The position numbers were made by a program, and so were the translations under genes. The notes beneath the pieces are model-generated. The model searched no databases, had not been told where the DNA came from, and saw only the letters and a list, made by a program, of their open reading frames with translations. Below, piece after piece: positions 1 through 13,392 of a stretch of DNA of 64,000 nt (position 1 is the first letter of the stretch; each line of letters begins with the position of its first letter). This DNA is from Girardia tigrina (lineage: Eukaryota): positions 1 through 64,000 of the forward strand of contig MQRK01198362.1 of assembly GCA_001938485.1 (NCBI GenBank). The letters run 5' to 3'.

Positions 1-354
1 TCTAAAATATCAATTTTCCATCTGTGTGGGAGAAACACATTTCCAAATACTAAACTCAACATACAAAATTCAACAAACCAATTTCAACATACCAAATTTA
101 AAATATTCCTCACAATACCTATTTTACTGAAGTGAGCAATTTGACTCATACAACAAACGATCTCATAGCCGTAGAAATATGTAAACCACATTCAAATATG
201 CAAAATGAGTGAATTTATAGAGTGGAGTAACCTATATTTCATTTCGTAAATAAAATCCATCATATGTATTTAAAATAATAATATTTCATTTATATATATA
301 TATANNNNNNNNNNNNNNNNNNNNNNNNNNNNNNNNNNNNNNNNNNNNNNNNNN

Positions 355-395
<41 letters not shown>

Positions 396-1062
396 CAATA
401 TAATTTTAAATGAGTCAAATTGGTTCAATCCGTAAATCTAGTGTTAATACTATTTCATAGTATGATTTTGCAAAAAAATGCATAGAAAAACGTTTTAAAG
501 TAGCTTTTGCGGGATTCTTCCCAATATTTTAATGAGATAAACGTAATGTTTGTCATCAATTAGAAAAAAAATCAACATTCATTGGTTCATTTGATATCTT
601 TTGATGTGTAATAAAAATAATTTTATGTTTTAGTATCATTTTATATAATTCAGTTTTTAAATTAATTTATAAAACTTTTACTCTTATTGAGTCTATAAAA
701 TCAAATTACCAAATCTTTTATGAATCTCGAACATTTCTCATTTCTGAATATTTTTCAAGTTCTGTATTTTCATATCACAGTTAATTTTTAGTTGATGAAC
801 TACATTTCCATAAAACTGTAACTAAATATCAATCATTTAAAATATTTTTTCTCTCATTAACTAACAGTAGGGGACAGATTTTTATGAAAACTTGCAAAAG
901 TAGAGCTTTTTGAAGGCATTGGTGTGACATTTTGTGTGATGACTCATTATTTTTTTTGCAACAGCCTACCTTAGGTTGCACACATAATTGCCTGTAAATA
1001 TGTAATATAAGTGGTGTGTGTCTATGTGTGTTTTGCATTTGGAGCGGTTCGTTCAGGAATAT

Positions 1063-1401
1063 TTCTGTCTATAGATCCAACCAGTTATCATTCACTGACT
1101 CAATTGACTCGAACGACTTATCGGTTTTGCAATAAAATCGTCTTGATGAATGGCCGCGTTAAGGTACACCGTGTAAGTAATTGCGTAACGGGGAGTCACG
1201 TCCAAATACATCTCATCATTTCATTCCGGAATGTTGTTTTCAGTTTTATTTAAATTCTTTCCTACGATTTTCTCGTCGATTTCAATGATGACATATGGAT
1301 CGGGATTCTCGTGAAGCTAAGTAAAGGGTCACACACTCTGTCTCTTTCAAATCATTTAGTTCAATGATCTTAACGGTCACAGAACCGCTAAACTATTTCA
1401 T
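1063..1401 (-). pseudogene. Decayed N-terminal C2 domain of a novel-class protein kinase C (PKC epsilon/eta-like)
   Basis: Minus strand from ATG 1401: MK*FSGSVTVKIIELNDLKETEC / PDPYVIIEIDEKIVGKNLNKTENNIPE*NDEMYLDV...VYLNAAIHQDDFIA / SFESIESVNDNWLDL*. Colinear with PKC-epsilon MVVFNGLLKIKICEA..DPY..PAWHDEF..DDFVAN..WIDLE. Contains 3 stops and 2 frameshifts. Confidence 0.82.
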
Positions 1402-2889
1402 TTTGAAACGATGTTTATCAATAGAAATTACGATTAAACAAATTAAGTCATTCAAAGCATATTTTTAAATATCATTCAATTAAATAAATCGCTCAATTAC
1501 AAAAAAATAACAAAAATTAATTTTATCATTGTTATTTTCGATTTCAATAATCAGTAATCAATTATTGATTTTTACTTGCTGAGATTTCAGATCGATATTT
1601 TGTGAAGTATTTGGATAGCCGCATGAACTTTTTGTTATAAATAAGAATATGTGATTTTAATATACAAGTATATTTTTTCAATATAGATATAATTTAATTT
1701 TTTGGTCACCACAGTGTATATTTGACGTTGTATTTTTGGGTTTCCCCTTGTGTCAAACTACATACCTTACTGTGCAGTTAAGCGCACTGCTTCTACTAAC
1801 TGAATTTATCAGTGTATTAGTCTACTGTCAACTACTCGTATATTATTTTTTATGTTTTTATGTAAACACTTTGTTATTTTTTGCTTAATGACTGATATTT
1901 TTTTATTGTTTTGGCTTTCTTGTAGTTCTTACTATTTTGGTGTGATGCTTTATGTATTGTTTGTGTATTTTTTATATTTTTTTCATCATATTTTTATTTT
2001 TTTATTTACAAGTAGTAAAAAAACAATATATCCATAATTGAGGTGCAACTAACAATTTGAAAAAGAAATATGAGAGCAATAATAATGATTATGTTGAAAT
2101 ATAGATGGGAAATTAAACGTAGGAAAAGAATTGCGGTGTAAATAAAATACATTTAATTTTATTCACGGAAAGAGAATTAAAAAAATACTCCAATAAATAT
2201 CAATCTTCCAGTCAGCAACCTCAATTCGGTTGAAACCCCCATATGTTTTGAGATACTATGCTCTGTGATGATATATGTTAAACGTTGGATGGTTGCCGAT
2301 ACGTATAAATCGTTTAGTGAGCAAATCAAGTGCGACTGATAATTGTGGTGGCATAATTACAATATTATTTCATAATAATATTGTTGCCACAATTTGCATT
2401 TGGATTTAAAAATTCAAATGCAAATAAATAAATCAATCACAAATAAAAGATTTAATGAAAATTTTATTTAAATACGAAGCTATTTGTTGACTCTAAATCA
2501 CTGACGATATATCTGCATCATAATACAATTGACTATATTTTATAATTTCTACCGCTAAGGGGACTTTAATTGAAGTTTTTTTGTTGATAATATATATAGG
2601 TTGAGTTAATTGTTCACTCATCATCATTTATCTTTTACATCTTTGTAATACAAACTAATCTTATCAAACGGTAAAAGGTTATACCAAGTTTGGTCAATTT
2701 AGTCATACCATCGTCACAAACGATTACATTTTTAATTAAATTGTTTTAGAAATACTGATTTCAATTACCTCTTGTATTGACCTGGTCAGGAATTGAAGTC
2801 AATATTTCTACAATCAGCATCCGTGTGTAAACGAAATTGATTGATGTGCTATGACACTAATTATTGGGTGTTTTGTTCAGAAAAAAAAC

Positions 2890-4207
2890 ATCATGGGAAG
2901 AAAAGTAGATTTCTCCTCATAAAAAGGAACAAATTACTATCTTGATGGAATAAGAACAAAGTAATCGTATCTTCCAATCATCCTATGAAATCAGCACAGG
3001 TACTGTGCAGAATTTGTGTAGCAACTTGGATGTCGGGTTTCATTATCATCAAAGCGAAAAAAAAGAAGACATCAGCATAAGAAAACAGAATATTACAAAG
3101 AAATCTATGGCTAGAGCCTTTGGCCACTGTCAAAAAACTGAAGACGAAATGTGAAGATCACGGTGTTATTATTCATATCAGAATTGCCGTCACCAGTTTA
3201 ATCAAATAGACTGCAGATCGGTGGAGCCTCGACGTGTTTCAACATTGAAAGCCAAGATAAAGCAAAGACACCTAAAATTTTCTAAAGATCATCAGTAAAT
3301 GACAGTGGATGATAGTTAAAACGTTTTGTTTATTCTATTATTTTTGTCAATTTTACAGCCTAAACCGTTTTAGAACTACAGGGATTTTTTAATCCTAAAA
3401 GATTTCAACACAATACTGAATATTTTAAATGCGTTTACCAGGGGATTTATTCAGCCCATTCTATCTTTTACTATCTTAATCACGCTTTGATCATTCTGCC
3501 GTCACACTACATACATCCTGTCGCATATGTTATCAACAGATTGTTCCTCCATTCAGGGACTTATTATTCCACTTTCTGATGTTTGTAGAAAAAAGTTGTC
3601 TTGAAACGGTTAAAGAGTGAATTATTCTCATTTTTCAAATTCAGCAAGTGGCTTTCAGGGATGAGTTAACGTTTGAGTGCAGTCTGGTATCAGCCAAATT
3701 TATGGTAGCGGTCCAACTAGCCTCATACTGTCACTCAACGTGTTAAGTCCATTCAGAAAATGAGGGTTACAGGAATTTTCAGTTATCACGACTTCAATTG
3801 CAGAAAGGAATATGATTGTACCCAGTATTTGGATATTATGAGCAGAAGAATAATGCTGCAGCTGCAGGAATGATTTAGAACAACGATGATGTTTTCATGC
3901 AGGATAGAGCGTCTTGTTACACTGTAAAGGTAATCACCGCATGGTTCAGAGAGAGGTACTGTTCTGCCTTACTATGGCCGGGCTATAAAACCCCAGAGAA
4001 CTCTTTGAGCATTATCAAGAGGCTTATTTTTACGGAGTCAGTGTCAAACAAGTAGCAATATATATTTTAAACTTCTTTTTGATATGACCTTCTTTGCAAA
4101 CAAAAATATCTGGATTTTTTATTGTGATGGCAATTTCTGTATTTGCAAATAAAACATTTAATTTCTTCATTTGAAATGGCGCAAAATTTTGTATTTTGTT
4201 TCTACTG
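2890..4207 (+). mobile_element. Decayed Tc1-like transposon
   Basis: MGRKVD start, FMQD..SCYT and WPG remnants, many stops; the end ...tactg looks like a TIR. Boundaries approximate. Confidence 0.6.
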
Positions 4208-4950
4208 GAAGACCTTGCGTAAAAATATTCTGAAAGTTTTTTCTTAATCTTAGTGAAAAATAGTCTTTTTCAAATTGATTTTAACCATTATGTTGCCATC
4301 AAGAAAATATTTAATTTTCATTAAAACACGTTTGATGTCCTAAATTTGCGTGACATCTTGCATATTGAATTCCTCTGTTTTAATATTGTTTACACATTAA
4401 TCATAACTAGGAAGATAATTTCTCTTTAATTAATTTATGAGACAACAGTGTGCTCACTATTTTATGCATTTTCTTTATGCATTTTTATGCAACTGAGTCC
4501 ATTCTTTTGCTTGTAGTTTTACAACTTCATAAGTTGTGAATTAATGAAGATTCTTTTTCTAAAGTCATTTTCAAACATTTGTCATATTTAGTGATATATG
4601 GATCTACTGTATCATACTGATATCAACTTCTTTACCAAAAAGCCTTTCATTAACACATTTTTAACATTTCAGTACTTCGAAAAATCTGTTACAATCGGTA
4701 ATTAATTCATTAAAATCTTGTTGTCTATTGAATGTCTAAGGAAATATTAGTAGGTTTCCAAGTTAAAAGACATAGTTAAACACTAAAATATACAAAATGA
4801 CCAGCTACTTAAATCCAAAAAAGTACTTAATATATAGTTTTAGCCTGTTTCGTTAATGGTACAAATTTATTTATTCCTGAATTTATATATTATTAAGTAA
4901 CTTAATTAGTAATTCTGTTGAGGTCTTATGTATAAAAATTATATATATAT

Positions 4951-5619
4951 NNNNNNNNNNNNNNNNNNNNNNNNNNNNNNNNNNNNNNNNNNNNNNNNNN
5001 NNNNNNNNNNNNNNNNNNNNNNNNNNNNNNNNNNNNNNNNNNNNNNNNNNNNNNNNNNNNNNNNNNNNNNNNNNNNNNNNNNNNNNNNNNNNNNNNNNNN
5101 NNNNNNNNNNNNNNNNNNNNNNNNNNNNNNNNNNNNNNNNNNNNNNNNNNNNNNNNNNNNNNNNNNNNNNNNNNNNNNNNNNNNNNNNNNNNNNNNNNNN
5201 NNNNNNNNNNNNNNNNNNNNNNNNNNNNNNNNNNNNNNNNNNNNNNNNNNNNNNNNNNNNNNNNNNNNNNNNNNNNNNNNNNNNNNNNNNNNNNNNNNNN
5301 NNNNNNNNNNNNNNNNNNNNNNNNNNNNNNNNNNNNNNNNNNNNNNNNNNNNNNNNNNNNNNNNNNNNNNNNNNNNNNNNNNNNNNNNNNNNNNNNNNNN
5401 NNNNNNNNNNNNNNNNNNNNNNNNNNNNNNNNNNNNNNNNNNNNNNNAAGGAGCACCATCATGCATGAATATTTTTGTTCCTCGAATATTCATCATGGGT
5501 TGTAGCCTTTCTTTCAACACATTTAAATAATTTTCACTTCTCATGGTGGTGTTTGGAGGCAAGAATGTGCACTTAATGTGTAGAAAATGTGAAAGTCAAC
5601 AGACTTTTGTCCACAGCTG
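4951..5619 (-). mobile_element. Internally deleted Tc1 element inside a (TA)n tract, mostly in a gap
   Basis: TIR-like CAGCTGTGGACAAAAGT next to TA; minus-strand MRSENYLNVLKERL...IFMHDGAP (DD34E second Asp region). Left boundary lies in the gap. Confidence 0.7.
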
Positions 5620-6239
5620 TATATATATATATATAATTATTTATTCAATTTTCAAATATTTTCAATATTTCAAATAATGTACCATACGGTAATTAGCTTT
5701 ATATAATAAAAAACAATTTTTTTGAAGCTTGAGGCTCCTCTTTCGGTCATTCCTGGGAATGAGGAACTATTTCGCCTCATTCCCCGGAATGGCTCCGAAT
5801 TTTGGGAGCCTATGGTTTTAGAAAAAAATATAACAAAATATATAAATAAAATTAAACACAAAAAAATAACTCACCAGTATTTTTTTAAAAATGAAAATTT
5901 GGGGAAATATTTCCCTTTTTGTTAAATCGGTCTATCAGCCGACTAATGGAAATTGGCATTAGGCAATTGGTCAGTAGGCCCATTAAGAAATTGAATGCAT
6001 TAATGGTATAATTTGATTGCGACCTTAATGGCCTTTTGATTTATGGAATATTTTAAAAAATTTTAATTAAAGAATTTTTTTAATTAAAATATTTTATATA
6101 TATTAAGCTCTAGTATAAATAGAGCAATATTGTTATATATAAAAAAGGAGAAAAGAAAACAAAAAAGCCTAAAAGCAACAGAAATAGAAACATAATAAAC
6201 TGAACTATTCCTGTATAATTGTAAATACGCTGCATTACA

Positions 6240-6445
6240 TAAAAGAGCTGGACGACCATCCACAGATTCAAAGCCATTCAGACTGATATATCGGCATTTT
6301 ACAGCGAAAATTGAATTACAAACTCTAGGTGGTCGGATTTCAAGAAGTGTTGTATCTTCTGTCAAGAATAAACAAACAGTGATTGAATATTTATGCAAAG
6401 ATTGTGACTCCCAATTTTGTATTGTTTAATTTATTACACTCAATT
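6240..6445 (+). mobile_element. piggyBac-like transposase C-terminal Cys-rich remnant
   Basis: GRPS..RL..RHF...EYLCKDCDSQFC resembles the piggyBac terminal zinc-binding domain. Confidence 0.5.
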
Positions 6446-6657
6446 GAATTATTAGTAATATCTTTTACTTTTTTTCTGTAATAAAACTATAAATTTTCCA
6501 AAATTCCAAAAATTGTGAAAACTTTTTTCACTTTGAAGTACTGGTTTCCGGATCGAGCTGTGGAGACCAGCACTTTTTCAATGTGCGGGAAATTTTCGCT
6601 CGGAGGGACGAATCAACTGGTCTAGTGCCGACCAGAATTTGATTGGACCCAGCCGGT

Positions 6658-8376
6658 GGGCCTCCCATCTCTTTCAATGGTATTGAGCCTAAGGCTCTTT
6701 AGAGGGTCCACCCAAACTAAAGTCCTTAAGGGCCCCCCGATAGGCCTCCTACGGGGTCAGAGTCCTTCTGCCTGCGAGCGATCGGTTTTCCAGTTGCAAA
6801 AGACCAGCCATGGAATTTGGTGCCATGGCCATACATACCTTTGGTGGTTACGGTGGACGCGTAACATCCTCTGAATGGGCGGAAATGTCCTTTTGCTTTT
6901 GCATAATTGGCTGGCAATCGGTATTGTCGGTGCGGCGATTCTTCACGAGTGTATGTAGTGTTGTCTTCTGTCTGGATCCTCGGCGTGCCCATAGTTGCTN
7001 NNNNNNNNNNNNNNNNNNNNNNNNNNNNNNNNNNNNNNNNNNNNNNNNNNNNNNNNNNNNNNNNNNNNNNNNNNNNNNNNNNNNNNNNNNNNNNNNNNNN
7101 NNNNNNNNNNNNNNNNNNNNNNNNNNNNNNNNNNNNNNNNNNNNNNNNNNNNNNNNNNNNNNNNNNNNNNNNNNNNNNNNNNNNNNNNNNNNNNNNNNNN
7201 NNNNNNNNNNNNNNNNNNNNNNNNNNNNNNNNNNNNNNNNNNNNNNNNNNNNNNNNNNNNNNNNNNNNNNNNNNNNNNNNNNNNNNNNNNNNNNNNNNNN
7301 NNNNNNNNNNNNNNNNNNNNNNNNNNNNNNNNNNNNNNNNNNNNNNNNNNNNNNNNNNNNNNNNNNNNNNNNNNNNNNNNNNNNNNNNNNNNNNNNNNNN
7401 NNNNNNNNNNNNNNNNNNNNNNNNNNNNNNNNNNNNNNNNNNNNNNNNNNNNNNNNNNNNNNNNNNNNNNNNNNNNNNNNNNNNNNNNNNNNNNNNNNNN
7501 NNNNNNNNNNNNNNNNNNNNNNNNNNNNNNNNNNNNNNNNNNNNNNNNNNNNNNNNNNNNNNNNNNNNNNNNNNNNNNNNNNNNNNNNNNNNNNNNNNNN
7601 NNNNNNNNNNNNNNNNNNNNNNNNNNNNNNNNNNNNNNNNNNNNNNNNNNNNNNNNNNNNNNNNNNNNNNNNNNNNNNNNNNNNNNNNNNNNNNNNNNNN
7701 NNNNNNNNNNNNNNNNNNNNNNNNNNNNNNNNNNNNNNNNNNNNNNNNNNNNNNNNNNNNNNNNNNNNNNNNNNNNNNNNNNNNNNNNNNNNNNNNNNNN
7801 NNNNNNNNNNNNNNNNNNNNNNNNNNNNNNNNNNNNNNNNNNNNNNNNNNNNNNNNNNNNNNNNNNNNNNNNNNNNNNNNNNNNNNNNNNNNNNNNNNNN
7901 NNNNNNNNNNNNNNNNNNNNNNNNNNNNNNNNNNNNNNNNNNNNNNNNNNNNNNNNNNNNNNNNNNNNNNNNNNNNNNNNNNNNNNNNNNNNNNNNNNTT
8001 GTTGTTCTTCAGCACTGGTCTAATCGTTCTCAGCTTGATTGTTCCTTTCTTGATCCTGGTTTTGATATCTGTACCTGAGCCACCTCTGCTCTCGATTATT
8101 GAGACCAGGTAGCAGAAGTCGTCCATCCACTCGATCCCGGCATTCAGCTCATCTCTTGCCGTGATATATCTGGCTCCATTGAGATTGAGTATCTTCGTCT
8201 TCCCAGTGTTTATTTTGAGTCCCATTCTTTTAAACGCAGTGTTCAGACATGTTAAGTTCTTCTCGATGTTCCCGTAGTCTTCGTCCAGCAGGCACAAGTC
8301 ATCTGCATACGCCAATCTATTCACAAGTAGTTCTACTCCATTGTGAAGCACTTTCACTCCTCCTGATAGCCCATCC
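6658..8376 (-). mobile_element. 5'-truncated RTE-clade LINE with 15-bp TSD
   Basis: RT motif LAYADD, GLKINTGKTK, FCYL.SII...DIKTRIKK. TSD TTGGACCCAGCCGGT at 6643-6657 and 8377-8391. 3' end shared with the copy at 61262. Confidence 0.92.
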
Positions 8377-9643
8377 TTGGACCCAGCCGGTACCGGTCGG
8401 AATACCGTTAAATAACGGTCTCTCGTCCAAATCACCTCGGCTTCCCGAACCGCGTTCCCGTCTCTGTGAACGCCGATATCGCTCTGTTCTTCGACACGCG
8501 GCCCAAGTGTGTGGTCAGTGAGGTTGTGGGGATTCGCTAAAATTGTGTGAGGCGATGACGCATGTGATCTGACCGACTGAGGCCGCTTCCGCACAGTGTG
8601 GTTCGAATAGTTTATTCATTATAACTTCAAAAAGACAAAAAATAACGATTTAAAACATATTTCACCGAAAACTACGATTTGAATTTTTAACATATTTTTT
8701 TAATTAGTTCGATAAAACGTATTGTTTTTATAATTTTCACGAGCCCCACAAATTTTTTATAATTACTATTTTTTACTGTTCAAGCATAAATTATCAAATA
8801 ATCAATGTTAAATAAACATATTTGAGCAGAAACAAATTAGGGACTCAACAGGTTACCAAATTTTTACTTTAGTTTTCGTAATCTTTTAAATACGCATATC
8901 GTCCATTCGACGATAAAATGCAAATTTCTTGATTAGCAGTGTGATAAGTGATTAGCAATAAGTGATTTTACTAGATTCTGTATCATGGTAGTCGCTTATA
9001 AACGACTCACTTGGCTTATTTATCAATTATATTTTAGTGTTTTATACCCATTGCTATTTATTTTATTTACAAGTCTGTAAATGAAAAAAAAGTATTTCGT
9101 AGTTAAAGGGTTATAGGATGAGAAAATTGAAGTCTTGATAAAAATGATGAATTGTTCAAATGAACAAAGAACATTTAAATTCAAATGATTCTATTTTTTG
9201 TTTAATTATTTTTCTTTAAATTTTTATTTAATTATTTTAATTTTTTTAATCCTTTTTATTTAATTTTTTTAATCTATTTTCTTATTTATTAATTATAACA
9301 TATCCATTTTATATAAAAAAAGCGAAGCAACCGGCTAAATAAACTTTTCAGAGATTTTCATTCTAAAGATCTTCGATTTAATGTCGATTTAAAATTTGTC
9401 TTGAGAGGAGGATTGGTAAGGAATATAAATAATGATAATACAAATATAATAATTATTTTAATTAAAATCTACTAATTCTGAAAATCCCGAATGTATGAGT
9501 TACATTCAGTTTGAGAATTTTTTGCTCTGGTAGATAACGGTTAAACCTTCGAGATTAATTAACAAAAAAATAATTGGCTCTATAGTTTATTATTATTATT
9601 ATTATTTATATGGAAATTAATTCTAAGTAATGACTGGTAATAG

Positions 9644-9856
9644 TTTAGAGTAAAAATGAATGAGTATTCATCCCATTATATTCCCCTCATTGCTCATTTT
9701 CATGAATGGTTAACAGGAGCAGGTCTTATTTTTTGTCGAACTCGAGAAATTGATGTCGCAACCGCATTTTCTACTCATGCTACCCTTTTGGGACGATATT
9801 TGTCCGCAAGTTCTGTGGATTTATATAATAATTTGACGAAATTTGAAATCGATAAG
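9644..9856 (+). CDS. GYS: Glycogen synthase (GT3 family), first coding exon visible in window (internal exon; upstream exons not seen)
   Basis: Acceptor tag at 9641-9643, donor gt at 9857. Encodes [71 protein letters not shown] with the GYS motifs AHFHEW and [10 protein letters not shown]. Confidence 0.95.
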
Positions 9857-10049
9857 GTTAGACAATTTTTCTTAATTTACTTTTTGATTATTTTAAGGTT
9901 TTATAATTTTCTTTATTATTTACTTAAATAAATGAACAATGAAATTTATTTGTTCTTAAAATCCAATAAAAGATAAATTCATTATTTTAATAATTGCGTC
10001 ATTGATAATTTTTAAAATAAAAACTTCATTAGTTTCTATGTTGTAACTA

Positions 10050-10860
10050 TATTTGAAACGTTGCATAACCGTGACAGAAGAAGAACAATACTAACGCCAG
10101 ATATTATAAACGCTATTGAAAATATAGTTACATTTTACCCTCAATTTACACTAAATGAAATCCAAAGAGCTCTTATAAATAAAACTCAAAATAGGTAAGT
10201 TGTTGCAATATCAACTAAAAACAGGTACCTATATGAACTTAAAATCACGATGAAATATACGCCTCCTGAACTAGAACGAGTTAATATGACATGCAAAATT
10301 AAATTAAGCAAAGAGTATTCATTATGGTTCAAGAACTATTTTGGAAATAATCTTTCGAAAGACGTTTATATTGATGGGATCGGTTTTAATTCATCTCAAA
10401 AGATCAAATGGAAGGTCTCGACAAGGAATAAGGGCAATAGAAAGAATGCCAGTTGTTATAGTCCGCTCAGTATCTTTAATAGCTGGTCTTACATTTGATT
10501 GAATGGGAGTCCCATTATGGGACATAGTAACAAAAACTACTCATTCCATAGTAAATGGTAATATATTGATGAGCTTTGTAAGTATTTAGGAAATGTGAGC
10601 AATGTTGAAAAATACTTGCTTAATTTATGATAATACACATATTCACAAGCGAAATGATATTCATAGAATAAACATCGCAATATGGTTTTGAATTTATATT
10701 TTTTTCTCCTCATTTTTATATGCTAAACCCTATTGAAAATTCATTTTCTACAATACAAGATGGCATTCGATCTAAACTAAGGCAAGGAGCAACTGGTATA
10801 TTGTCTGAACTAATTATGGAAGAAACAGCAAGCATTACTTCTAATGATTCTTGAGACTAT
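10050..10860 (+). mobile_element. Decayed IS630/Tc1-like DDE transposase
   Basis: YIDGIGFN, DNTHIHK and FYMLNPIENSFS remnants, with stops and frameshifts. Confidence 0.65.
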
Positions 10861-11310
10861 TTCTTTCCTTTTGGATTTTGGTACACAATTTTAATATTTT
10901 ACTGTCCGATTTTGTTTCATGACTTCTGTGTTCCTCATTTGGTGTTCTTCGTGACAGGAAGTTGAAAGAATTTGGACGAGGATAAACATTAACTTAATAA
11001 TTAATAAACATCAGAAATAATAGTTGTTTAAATACAGTTGCACAAAATGTGTTTTTTTAAATAACTAAATTTAATTACTTTTGACATTTTTAATAATTTT
11101 CAATTTTGTTATAATTCTTTATGCTTCAAATTAAATCATGCCTGAAGATTTGCAAGATGAGGAAATACGTGAGGTGCCCAAAATGTATGTGCAAAATGTA
11201 TGAAGAAAGTATTATTTTGTCACGAAATTGAATTTTTATTGTAGTTATTTTATTTTAGGTGTGATTTGTATAGTTTGTTTAAAAATATAGTTATAGTTTA
11301 TATTCACATT

Positions 11311-12414
11311 TACGAGGTTTTGAAATTTGGAACAAGTATTGAATGATCTAGTGGAATGTCACTGCATTATGAAGTTTCTGGTATTAAATAATGTTCCCAA
11401 TGACAAAATGTTTTTTCAGATAGAAGCAGATATATGGAAAGAACACCACATCAAATAAAGCAAGGTACAATGGTATAGCACTGTTTAAACATGGAAGTTT
11501 TTGATGACCAAAGAACTGGATGTCTATGAGAAATTTCAGACAAAATTAAAGAATTTACTACAAGATAACTGTCGAATTCTAAATTAGACACTTTGTGAGG
11601 CAGTGAATGTGAGCTAGGAACCATACAAGAAATATTGCATGAATTGGGGGTAAGTAAGCTATTGTACAGATTTGTACTCCGATTTTGTTCAACAATTATG
11701 TGTGTGAACCGAGTGGAGTGTTCTCAGGGAAACTTCCTTTTTTATCAAGAACCTGGTGAGGGCTTCCTATTTAATATAATTACACAAGATAAAGCTCCTT
11801 TCAGTATGTATCCTACAGAGTCCAAAAGCGAGTAAAGTGAGCAAAATTTCCAGCAAAATCAAGTTCCAAGAAGAGGAGATGTGGAAACTCCCACAGAAAA
11901 TGTGTGATGCTAAATATTTTTTGGGATTCTTGGGGTGATTTTCTTATCGATATGGCTGTAAAAAGCATCAGGCTCAACTTTGCATCATCCACTGTGTGTA
12001 AATTCCGATATGTTCGACGAAAAGAACAGGATATTCCCATATACTTTCACTAGTTCTTAGGAAACGTAGATTTAATCTAGTGAACCCTGTTTTCAATCTA
12101 GTTCTTGCCCCAGTAATTATAATTTCTTCAAGTATATGAAAAGATATATGTAAGTATATATAGCAATAAGCAATTTTAGAAGATTCTCTTTTGAATCAAT
12201 ATTTCTCACAAATTAATTTTATTTACATCGATGTTCCTGAGTTAAACGATAAAAGACGTTAGACTGAGGATTTAAATTATTTTTATGTAATTACATTTTC
12301 CCTTCTTATTACTATAAATGTCAAGCGTTCGTCTAATACTAATTTATAAAGGTAGTTTTAAATGTAAAGGCCATTTTGTGGTGAAAGTCAAAGAACTTTT
12401 CGAAAACCATGTAA
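11311..12414 (+). mobile_element. Highly decayed mariner element
   Basis: Degenerate TIRs (tacgaggtttt / aaaaccatgta); ILHELGVSK..FV, IITQDK and MLNIFWDS remnants. Confidence 0.6.
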
Positions 12415-13215
12415 TTTAACTAGCATTTTAGGAGCATTTTAAACTATTTTAGTTGTAAAAGTCATTTTCCATTAAAGCCATATACCCTTAATCCATTTAG
12501 GTCTTTACATTGTAAAAATTAGAAGCGTCTCAGCTGTCGCCCTAAAAATTTTTTTATAAATTTCCATGCCTCGCTCCGTACAACTCTAAGTCGCTAGGAA
12601 TGAGTGACAATATTTTTCGATAAATTTTATTTAAATTTAAGTTTGGGAATTTTTTGATCGGTTTTTTCAAAATATTTTTTAAGATTTTCTTAATTTTCTA
12701 TTAATTTTTTTATCGAAAAGATTTTCTTTCTTTAAAAAATATATAAAGCGAACATTTTTGACTTTAAAACTTTTGGATTTGACTTTTACATTCTCTCAAT
12801 TGAATTATTCGAATGCTTTATAAAAATTTTTTTGGTCGATTTTTGCATGGAAATGCCATGAGATGTTAATGCGAATATTTATTTTTCAATTCCAAAATCA
12901 TAAATTTTCCAGAAATAATTTTAAAGTGTAGTGAATTGCAATTACAAAACCTTAATTCAAAATCGAATCTACTATTAGAAATAACTAGTTTAGTAAAGCA
13001 AAAATAGAATCAGCAACTGAAATTTAAAAATACTCAAGATAATCATAAATTTAATGTCGGATTTCGATTTTGAATTACAAATGCTAAAATGAATTATAAT
13101 TTACGAATTAAAAAGAAACTGTGATAAAATTCATTAATTGCAAAAATTTAACAATAATTAATTAAAATCGAAAAGAATTAAAAATATAACTTTGTTTAAA
13201 AAAGAAGAATTTTAA

Positions 13216-13392
13216 CACATTGAATGCTGAGTACGAGATATCTCGTACTTCAATATTCATTAGTTAGACGCTAAGTACGAGATATCTCGTACGCGCATGA
13301 GATATGCCTGCCGCGCGGCAGTAAACTTTTTTGTCCCACGCGTAGCGCGCGTAGCAGACGTTCGGTGCATGATGTCAACAGCAGTCAATGTG
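13216..13392. mobile_element. piggyBac-type MITE (TTAA TSD)
   Basis: TTAA at 13212-13215 and 13393-13396; TIR CACATTGA(A/C)TGCTG; internal palindromes. Confidence 0.8.

Noticed and set aside
1011-1253. 80-aa + strand ORF
   Set aside because: Antisense shadow of the PKC C2 pseudo-exon.
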